Below, in pieces: positions 1 to 9,720 of a stretch of DNA of 64,000 nt. Where the stretch lies: assembly GCF_009834535.1 (NCBI RefSeq), contig NC_045696.1, positions 108,502,001 to 108,566,000 of the forward strand. Reading direction: 5' to 3'. Both the position numbers and the translations under genes were made by a program. Below the pieces are notes generated by a model. It was given only the letters and a program-made list of their open reading frames with translations, searched no databases and was not told where the DNA came from. The DNA comes from Camelus ferus (lineage: Eukaryota). How positions within the stretch are numbered: the stretch's first letter is position 1; each line of letters starts with the position of its first letter.

Positions 1-419
1 GGAGTTCAGGGATTTTCAGGTGTTTTTGCCTCTACTTTTAAAAATGTCAGATTCATTTCAACTGATTATTTCTTCTTCTTTTTCATTTTCTTTTTTTTTT
101 TTAATATACTTTGTAAATGAATCAGAAAGTGAATATTCTCAATCAGTTTATATTTTTACAAATTCTATGCATAGTATACAGGGCATGAGGTGGAGCACGA
201 GATAATATAATAACCTGAAATCATTAGAGATAATCAAGGTATATTGTATTATTCCTTCTCTTCAGTATGCCAGAAAAACAAACAAGCATACAGACCATAC
301 CAATATTATCACTTTACAAACAACCAGCGACTGGAAACGTTCACTTTTGAATAATATATCTCACCGCCAACAAATGTTTATCTCAGCCAGGCTGCTGTCA
401 ATCAAGTTACCGGCTAACC

Positions 420-555
420 TCATAGGAGGGTACTTTAGCCCGTTTTTCCCCTCAAGGGGATGGAGGCCCAGGCAGGGAGGTGCCCAAAGGCAGGCAGCTG
501 GTGAGTGATAGGGCTGGGAATAAATCCGGGGACATCTGAGTGTAAGTTAGGACTA
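420..555 (-). mobile_element. MIR SINE fragment
   Basis: Degenerate MIR core (gaggcccaggcagggaggtgcccaaaggcaggcagctggtgagtgatagggctggga). Confidence 0.5.
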
Positions 556-2507
556 CCTCGAAGCCCACTGCCCCTAGGCCTCGGTGGGGACGCTACATTG
601 CTCGCAGCCTGGAGAACAGCCCTCGCAGCCTTGTGATGCCTTCATGGGGGGCGGAGGAATGGGCGGATGGAGCTAAGCCAAGTAATCCACGAGTAGGAGA
701 GGCCGGGCTTGTAAACTGGCACCCCTTTTCAGCTCCTCCCAGACAGCCAGATTGAGGGACCCGGGCGCAGTCCCCTACTCACCCTGGAGACAAGTGGGAT
801 TACCCACTGAATGGCCCCACGAATTCTTTCTGGGTGCCCTAGGGACAGGCTAGGTGGGACCAGCAGGAAGAGCTGGTGTCCCAATTCAGCTTCTCATGGG
901 GTTAGGGGCCCCAAAGTCTGCCAATGCAGAGCAGCTCGTGTTCCCCCAAACTGCCCGCATCTCTGCTCAAATGATTTGATGGCCAGAACCCCAAATACTG
1001 ATGTTCCCCCGTGACAAGATTTCATTCCCGTCTGCTAATCAGAGGAAGGAGCACTGGAGGAAGAGCCCTGGTCGGGGGCACAGCTCCGTGGTGTCACCAG
1101 CTGACCCAAGCACTCCTGGCAGAGCATCAAGAGGCTGGGGACCCGGGCACAGGGGACTCTTCTGCCTGGGAGCCTTACACTGAACACCTAGCTGCTTTTC
1201 CTCCTCTGAATGGTCAGCAGCAACTCCTCGGACCCACCTGAGGGCCAGTGTAAACAAATGCCCCAGGGGCTGAAAGAGGCAGGGATGGGGTGGGGTGAGG
1301 GCTGCCTTTGCTATTTTGCACCCCGAGATGGCAAGAATGGGGGTTAGGTGGGGACCAGGGGCAGGTGGTCTGACCTGGGTGCCTCAGAGCTGGAGCTCCT
1401 CTGGGAAAGGAGTAGGGCCCCTCCCCTGCCCTCCTGTCCCCAGCTGGGCTCCTGGCTGTCCCCTGTCCTCCGACTTGCACTTCCTATTAGTGAGCTGGGC
1501 GGTGGGCGGGCTCACTCAACCTTGCATGCAGAGAGTGAAGTGGAGGAACTCAGAGCAGTGGAGGAACCAGGGCAGAGGGGGTTAAGTTGAGCTCTGATGT
1601 TTCAATACAACTGCAGCTCCTCTCCACAGACACTGCCACTCTCATTATCTCTGTCAATCAGATCCAAGCAGTAGAACTTCCAAGTTCTCTCTCTGGCTGA
1701 CAAACTCTCTGTACATGTTCAAAGACTTTCCTGGGCTCCGGAAGCCCAATTACCAGCACTCCGACTTGCCACTGCAATTCTCTTTCTTAAAGCCTTTCAA
1801 TTGTCATCTGTAACATCCTTTACTGCCACCACCTCAGTGGTTTCTGATGAGCCCGGCTGCAGCCTGAGCCGCTGGGAGCCCTCCTGCCTGTCTCCCAGGC
1901 CAGGTCAGAAGATGCCCTCTGAACGGGCAAAAGTCACCTTCCGCCGCCCACAGAAAGCAGGATGGTACTTGAGACAATGCTGAGGGGCTTTATTTTGGAG
2001 AAACACAACAAAATTAGAATAAACTGCTACTCTACAGATGTTCTTATTCCCTCTGAGGCTCAGCTCAAGCATCAAAGATCTGGAAGCCATCCCCACCTCC
2101 CCCCCGCAATGTCCCCACCGCCCTGTGTATGTGCCACTGGGCTGTGAACCCCCCAAGAATAGAGCCGGCAAGCACAATGCTTAGACACAGTTAGCATACA
2201 CTGAGTGTTTGCTGAATGGATGATTTGGGAATTCTGAAAGTCTAATATCAGAAACGCCATTTGTCTTCCACAGAGGTGAATGCATTTGCTGAGAATATCT
2301 TGAATGTCAAATCTTGCCTGTCAGACAGTTTCCTAAGCCATTCTCTGTGTGCCGAATTGCTCTTAATCGGATTACAGTCTCTGGGCAGGACGAAACGGGC
2401 CGGCTTTTTCTGACTCACATTTATTACTCCTCTAGCTGACAGTCTGGACGGAACCAGAGTGCACTTGATTTCGTGAAAGCAGCCTTGGCATCAATTCCAA
2501 CACTTAC

Positions 2508-2519
2508 CGATTCGACATG
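2508..2519 (-). CDS. EPHB1: Candidate 12-nt alternative microexon of EPHB1 (HVES), in frame after exon 13
   Basis: Minus strand reads ...tattatctccaattatccaTGCttTGCctcTGCtcccatag|CATGTCGAATCG|gtaagtgttgg. The length is a multiple of 3, there is no stop, and phase 0 matches exon 13. No other AG occurs in the ~74 nt upstream. A branch-point-like ctgac lies at ~2583-2587. Confidence 0.65.
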
Positions 2520-3858
2520 CTATGGGAGCAGAGGCAAAGCATGGATAATTGGAGATAATAGAGGATCCAGACACCACATGTGGTCAGATCAGGACCTGGT
2601 TAAGGATGCAGCCATTTCACCTGCTCTGGGCTGAAGCCACTCCTACCCACGGGAGCAAGGGGCAGCACCTCGCTCCTCCTTGGAATGTGTTTTCTGGGCC
2701 CCCGAGTCGCCACCTTTCTTAGCTTTCTGAGCATCGGCCATGGCCTGAAACCTCTGGCTGGATAGAGGGCCACCTGGGGACAGACTTCTCCAGTGTACTG
2801 GTGCCTCAGAGCCTATCCCCGCATGCGGGGCTTACGGTGTGGCTGGCTGCCTGATCTCGACTGAGACAGACCTCCCTCTTCTTGCTGGGAAGCTGGGAAA
2901 GATAATAACTGCTCTCCAACGTGATGGGAAGAGGTGTGCAGGCTTTGCAGACTGCAGTCCTCCCAGCTGCAAGGGGAGGGCGTGTATTCAGGATGTAACA
3001 GGGGGAGTGGTCCCAGGGGATTGCCCAGGGCCCAAGGTGGTGGGGAAAGCCAGGGAGGACTTCTGACTGAAATCTTATCAAAGCAAATCATCCTCAAAAG
3101 GCTTCCCACCTTTTAGTAATTATGGAGCCAAGGGTCCCCGCTGGAACACCCCCAAAATGCCTCTGCTTAAAGCATCTCAGGTGACCCCTCTCTTTCCTTT
3201 CCCCTCACCCCTTGCTGGTAGCCTGGAGAGGTGGTGTTGACCTCCACTCAGACGGGTCCCCTCCTGAGGCCCGTCTGGATCTGACCAGCCTTGGGAGGTT
3301 TGCTCAGCACCTCTGTCACTGACAGGTGACACAGGCTCCCAGAAGAGCAGATTCACAGAAAAGATGGGCCTTTTACAATTAATTCCTCTCTTTGAAGCTG
3401 GGAAAGGCAAGCCCCAGAAGGAAGGTGCAGCTGGCTCAACATAGCACATCCGTCAGCCCAGAGCAGGCCTGGAAGCCAGGTCCCGCCCTCCAACCAGCCT
3501 TGCTTCCCCTCCATCACAAGTAGTGATGGAGGGCACGCAGGCTGGGGATCTGAAGCAGGCTAGGAGTCCATGATTAATTCAGGGCCTGATCTATTCAGAA
3601 TACACACCCATTCAGAACCAACCCATGGGCTCCTGGGTTGGCCTGCGCACCTTTAGAGACTTTGAGGTCGTGGGGACCATCACATCTCCCTGCTGGGCTC
3701 CCTCATTAGTTCAAACATTGGTGCCAAGGGTGTCCCTGCATCCCCTGCCCCAGATACCTCCCATTCAGGTTTTGAGACCCTGAGCTGACGACAGGCAGGC
3801 AGGCTTGGCACACCCCCGCCAAGGAGGGGTGTGGCAGCCAGGCACTGCTGACACTCAC

Positions 3859-4008
3859 ATCTTGGTTGGACATATCCCAGTAGGGTCTCTCTCCAAACGA
3901 CATGACTTCCCACATGACAATCCCGTAGCTCCAGACGTCGCTGGCAGACGTGAACTTGCGGTAGGCGATAGCCTCTGGAGCCGTCCATCTCACGGGGATC
4001 TTGCCTCC
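3859..4008 (-). CDS. EPHB1: EPHB1 coding exon (exon 13; 150 nt, phase 0 to phase 0); P+1 loop, APE and alphaF
   Basis: Translates [50 protein letters not shown]. Acceptor ttctccttcctccag|GGA; donor GAT|gtgagt. Confidence 0.98.
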
Positions 4009-4319
4009 CTGGAGGAAGGAGAAGCCTGGTCAGCCCAGTTGTGGGGTTCCTGGTTGAAGGCGGGTGAGAATAAACTGGGCACACGCCCTGTAACCCCCTC
4101 CCCCCACGGCTCCTGAATTAGGGCAGCGGGGCAGCGCGTGCCCACGGGCAGGGGATCTGCGGGGCTCTGCCGGCTCTTGCCACGTGTGGGCACACTTTTC
4201 TAAAATGCTGCTCTTGGGTTTGTTTCTCCATCTGGGAGTTTCCAACTTGGATCTCTGCTTGATCCTCAGTTTGTCTGCCAGACTCTACTCTGTTTTGTTT
4301 ACCTAGGGGACTGATATCC

Positions 4320-4560
4320 ATCCATTCAGCCATTCATTCACCTCCATCAACAAATAGGCAATGAGTACTGCTTTGTGCCAGGTCCTTCGTAAGGAGCTGG
4401 TGTCCCTGAGCTGAGCCAGCCAGGGGCCCTGCCCACAATCTGCACAGTGCGTGGGGAGGCAGACAAGAAAACAGAAACTCAGAACGTACTGTTAACAGGA
4501 TGGAAAGTGATGAGGCAAAGGGGGATACAGGATGTTCTAAGAATCAGAGGAATCTCCCTA
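4320..4560 (-). mobile_element. L2 LINE 3' fragment
   Basis: cattcattcacc...caacaaataggcaatgagtactgctttgtgccagg matches the reversed L2 3' end. Confidence 0.55.
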
Positions 4561-4639
4561 ACACAGGGAGGGGTCAGGGAAGGTGGCCGGGACCAGTCAG
4601 AGGGAAAGTTTCCTGGAGCCTTTGGTCAAGTACAGATAA

Positions 4640-4815
4640 CTTTACTGCCTTTTTCTACCTGTGTGACCTGCGGCAAGTTAACGAACCTCTCTGTCCCTCT
4701 GTTTCTCATTGGCAAAATGGGGGTAATGATCGCATCTACATAGTCAGGTTTTCGTGAGGATAAGTGGGTTACTATCCACAGAGTGCTTGGGGCAGGGCCT
4801 GGCATAGGGTCCACG
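4640..4815 (+). mobile_element. MIR SINE
   Basis: tgtgtgacctgcggcaagttaacgaacctctctgtccctctgtttctcattggcaaaatgggggtaatgat is the MIR core. Confidence 0.8.
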
Positions 4816-6233
4816 CAGCAGATGTGCAAACTAGTTAATCGGGCAGAGTGCGGGGAGGAGGGAAGTCTGGGCAGAGAGGAGCTGGTCGATGCCGGGGGTG
4901 ACTGGCAGGGGTGCAGAACGGCCGGAGGACGGAGTTCTGGAGGGGAAGTAAAGACAGGATGAGAGATCAGGAGGCATTCTGTAGGGCACAGATGCCTCTT
5001 ATGGGGGTAGAGTTCAGCATTCTCTAGAGCAAATATGATCCTCATTTTCAATTCTTCACGCCAAATACCGGACTTCACTCGCTCGGCCCCGTTGCGAGGC
5101 CTGGGCTCTGCTTGCATAATGCATGAGACCCGCACCTCCCTCGCTCCCCTCTTGTCCATCTCAGGCCTTGGTGCAAGGAGGCTATTTTTATACTGACCAT
5201 TCTCACGATCTGTTCAAATCACCAGAGATACGTGTTGGACTTCAGCAAAAATACCTTAAAAAATGTATAAGTGGTTAATCTGAGCATGGACGAGAGAAAA
5301 GGGAGTGAACTGCAAAGTGTATTTTTATCTGGTTTCCTACCCGGGGTCTGGGGGGAAGAAAGGCGGTGTGGTCCTGACCTCCACAGGCTCACATCCAGCT
5401 CTCTGCAAAGAAGACAGCCCTGATTGCCACCCCCTCGGATGGTGGCAGGCTTTTGTGGTGGGACGCGTCCTCCGCTCAAATGCCAGCAACGTGACAAATG
5501 CCCGGAGGGCAGGCTTGGGTGGCGGAGGCAACCGGAGGCTCTGTTCTCTGCCCACCATCCCCCCACCCACCCAAACATGAAAGAATTTGCTGGTTTTCTC
5601 TCCGTGGTACCATGGCTCAGAAGGGAGGTGAAAAATTCAGGGGACCAGGAGTTGTCAAACACCTGAGGCCAGTGTCCCACAGCCCAGAGACCCCACGTTG
5701 TGTGTCCCCATTAGGGAAGGGGGTGATGCCACACCTAGCGGGGGCCAGGGGCTCCCCCAGAGGAGAGGGATTTCTGGTCCCTCTGAATCCTGGGTTATAT
5801 GGGGTGAGACAGCAGGAGTTGAATTAGCACGAGTGTGAGTGTGTGTGTGAGAGAGACGTGGAAAGTTCTCTCTCACTCACTATGTGTGCGAGGGAGGGAG
5901 AGACAAAGAGAAACCTTGGCCGTGTGGATCTGTGGCTAAAAGAGAGCCTGGGCTTCTCTTTTGTGTGGCTGTTTGTGTCAAAGAAGGAGGTGGGTGAGAG
6001 GAAAGTGTGGCTCTTCTGAATTTCCAAGAGGCGATTTGGGAGTCTGAAGGTGTCCTCTCTGCCAAGTCTGGAGTGGACCCCAGGGACCGCCAGTGACAGC
6101 TGTGGTGTCCTCCCTCTGGCACGTCAGGTGGTGGGGCCAGGCCGGCTGGCAAGGCGCCCCAGCCCTCCTGCCACCTTGCGCTGTCGGGCCTCGCTGAACA
6201 CAGAGCATGGCCTGTCACCACCCCTCCTCCAAC

Positions 6234-6247
6234 CCAGCAGGTGGCAG
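6234..6247 (+). promoter_or_regulatory. CTCF-like core motif
   Basis: CCAGCAGGTGGCAG matches the CTCF core CCASYAGRKGGCRS. Motif match only; no binding evidence. Confidence 0.3.
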
Positions 6248-7856
6248 AGCCTTTCAGAAGAGCAGCCCGGGACAGGCAGGTGACAGCTTATCACAACTGG
6301 CTTTCCACCAAGACAGCAGGGGATGCTGACCTCCGAGGCAGCAGGGGGAGCACGGGGATGGGCACTTTCCTTCCAGGGAGTTTTCGCATTTTCTCTCGGC
6401 TTTTCAAACATCATACTGCTGGCATTACCTTCTGATGCTCAGAGGTAACTACAATGATGGTTATTTAACCTGTCTTCAATTATGTGAAAGGAAATCTATT
6501 CATTTAGAGGATGGAGACCATCCCCATGCAGGGGATTAGAAGAAAAGGAAGTGGGACAGTGTTGCAGCCTCCACGGCTTCTGCCTGTGAGAAAGGTCCTC
6601 CTGCCGGAAGAGAAGTCTGGACCAGAAGGCCCAAGGCCAGGGCATTCCTGTGACGGCTAAGTGCTCTGAGGGTCCTGGCTCTTGCCGATGCAGGTGTGAG
6701 GAAGGGGGATAGGGAAGGGGTGGTTGGCTCTGTTGGATCGGAGGAAACATGAGGGAAGAACCCTCAGGGGGTGGAGAATAGGGGAGGGTCACTGGAAGGA
6801 TTCAGCACCCACGTGGGCAAGAGGGGCTGACACAGGGCTTGAAGAGAGCATCGGCCCCTGCACGGAGCTTCTCCCAGCACCAGATGACCTCATGCCCCAA
6901 GGATGCTGCATTCTGCAGGGACCAGGTTCCCCAGAGCTGCAGCTGGGGGTCACTGTTGGTGTGTGGGGAGGGGAGAAGGGGGAGGCGCCTCACTGTCATC
7001 GGTGTCCTCCACATACTGACCTTCCTGGCAAAGCTTGGCATTGAATGGCTGTGTGCAAGAAATTCTTCAAAAGTTTGACATCTCTAAAAGTTTGCTCTGG
7101 AATAATCATGCCATAACTTAACATGTGTGTGTAATTTGATAAATTAGGAGATGATATCTGGCAGCAGATTAATTCTAACCCAGCCATCTTCAGGGTCACC
7201 TGCTGATAACCCACACCTGTCACCAGAAGTGATGCCAACAGGTGGAAAGTCTCAGCGTAGAGGCACTTCAGTCCCTCAGCCTCAGCCAGCCTGCAACAAG
7301 CATCCAATGTAGCACCCACTCTGCCCAGCTCCCTGCTTGGAGCCTGGCAGTGATGAGACCTAGCCCCACTCTTAAGGAGCAATGGATACCCCCAATGCCA
7401 CCCAGCCAGCCCTCACCAGCCACAGTGACATTAAGATAGTCACAGCTCATAGCTTTGGTTCTAGAACCCATCCAACTGTGGAATTTTCCAGACCAAAGTT
7501 GAAGCATAGGACCGATTTCCCTTGCTAGTTTCTTACCCTGGAGATGCCCATAAGGATTAAGCTTCTGTGTGTCTGGGCAATGCTACAGTATTTTTCTCCA
7601 CCACCACGTGTGAGATGTTCATGAATATTGAGTATGATGATCACAGAATCCTTGGAATCTTGCTGCATGTGGAAGCCCCTTGAAGTGATAGGTTTATGAC
7701 CCAGAGCATCATGCAATGGCTCTAAATTTTGTAATGCTCAGTCTCAAATAGGTTTATAATATACAAAACATACTGGGGTTGTTTTGAAGACCCAACATGA
7801 TAAATAGGTAAACCAATCAGGATATTATTGTTACCATTAAACAAGAATTTACTGAG

Positions 7857-8855
7857 TGTTGTGAGTTGAATTCTGTTCCCCTCCAAAAGATAGGTTCAAA
7901 TTCTAACCTCCTGTATCAGTACATGTGACCTTATTTGGAAATCTGGTCACTGGGGATATAATTGTAGCCACAGAACCAGCCCCAAACCAGCCCTATCCTC
8001 TTTCTAACAAGATGCTAAGTTGTTTTTCAGAGACAACAGAACAAAAATGCAAGTCGTGCAGCCGAAGCATACACAGAGGAGAAATTTTTGACCTCATATA
8101 ACACCTGGAGCCAAAGTGTCCCCACCCTACAGAACCAAAAGACCAGGAGAGGACTGGAACCTAAAAGCCTGAGCTTTTTCAGAAGGTAAGGGTCCGCTGT
8201 CCACGAAGACCTGGTGCTGAACCTTCTTTACCACTTACAGTAACCATGTACCACCATCAGAGGCCAAGCTTTAAAGTTCTCTATCAAAACCTGCCCAGTC
8301 AGCGCTTCTGCATACCAACCCTCCTTCCCTACCTATAAAAGTGTAACAAACCCTGGTTCAGGGAGAGAGATTTGAAAGCCTTGCCTCCTGTCTCCCTGCC
8401 AGTTGACCTCGCAATAAAGCTTTTCCTTTTCTTAAATGTCAGTGCCGTAGTTTTGGCTTCAATGATCATCAGGCAGCCAGGCCTTTGTTCAGTAACATTA
8501 GCAAGTAAGAGGTCATACTGGATAAGAGTGGGCCCTAAATTCAACGACTGGTGTCCTTGTAAGAAGGCCATGTGAAGACAGAGAGACATAGGAGAGAAAA
8601 CCAAGTGAAGATGGAGGCAGGGATTGGAGTGATGTATCTGCAAGCCAAGGAACGGCAAGGATTGCCAGCAACCACCAGAAATGAGGAGAGAAGCATGGAC
8701 CAGATTTTTTCCTGGGGCCTTTGGAGGGAGCATGACCCAGACAACATCTTGATTTTGGACTTCTAGCCTCCCGAGCTGGGAAAGAAAACATTCCTGCTGT
8801 TTAAAGCCACCCAATTTGTGCTACTTTCTTACAGCAGCCCCAGGAAACGAACACA
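7857..8855 (+). mobile_element. MaLR solo LTR (MLT1B/C-like), split by a nested ERV LTR
   Basis: Starts tgttgtgagttgaattctgttccc and ends gcagccccaggaaacgaacaca. Internal MLT1 hallmarks: gtgaccttatttggaaat, gattggagtgatg, cttgattttggacttctagcctcc. 5-bp TSD ctgag/gtgag. Confidence 0.85.
7963..8497 (+). mobile_element. ERV (probably class I) solo LTR, ~535 bp, nested in the MLT1 element
   Basis: TG...CA termini (tgtagcc...cagtaaca), TATAAAA at 8334-8340 and AATAAA at 8413-8418. MLT1 sequence resumes immediately on both sides. Confidence 0.75.
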
Positions 8856-9357
8856 GTGAGTATATACAATTTTATCAGGCACTAGTCTAAGTTCCCTCGT
8901 GGCAGATCCACCCTGAGATGCTGTTACAGTGCAGTGGGATTTGGGAGTGAGGGAAACCTCTAACATTTAGGTGGAAGCCTAGCAGATACGCCACAGAGCC
9001 CTCTGTAAAACTTCTTCAGTGTTGTTGATTGGCCCCAGGGCAGTCTGCATCTTGAAGGACTGCCCTTTGCTTAGCCATGTGAGTGCTGTGGGGTGGGGAC
9101 TTCAAGGGACAGGACTGTGGCACTTCCACTGATGTGGTCACGAGGATGATAATCAGAAAGCAGGTATGCTGACGATGCTGGAGCCACATCACTACTCCTA
9201 CTCGTGAAGAGCATGACACGCCTGAGGGGAACCCACCCTCACTCTGCCCACAGACCCAGGTGGCCACTCCAGGTCTGGGTAGCTGCATCCCAATTACACA
9301 ACGCTAGCTGAAGGCCATGTCAACATCCCTTTTCCTGGCATCCCCAGAACACCTAGC

Positions 9358-9720
9358 CTGTGCTTCTCAAGCTTGACTATCCACTGCAATCACTCTGCAG
9401 AAGATTATTCTTATTATTTTTTAAATACCAATGGGTGCTCTAATTTATTCAGAATCTCTGGGTGTGGTGCCCGAGCACTGGGAAGTTTGAATACGCTTCA
9501 TGTGACCGTAATGCGCAGCCGTTAGCCACGACAACTGGACTGTATCCGTGACTCTTAAATTTGAGTGTGCATCACAGTCTCCTGGAAGCCTTGTTAAAAC
9601 ACACATCCCAGGGCCTTACCCTGAACTTTCCAATGTGCTAGTTCAAATGTGCTACCTGGGATTTGAGAATTATATTTCTAACAAACTCTCAGCGTGGTTC
9701 CCATACTTTGAGAACCACTG
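9358..9720. mobile_element. Two adjacent MER5-type hAT-Charlie elements
   Basis: ttctcaagcttg...; ttaaatttgagtgtgcatcacagtctcctggaagccttgttaaaacaca...tttgagaaccactg are MER5A hallmarks. Confidence 0.7.
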
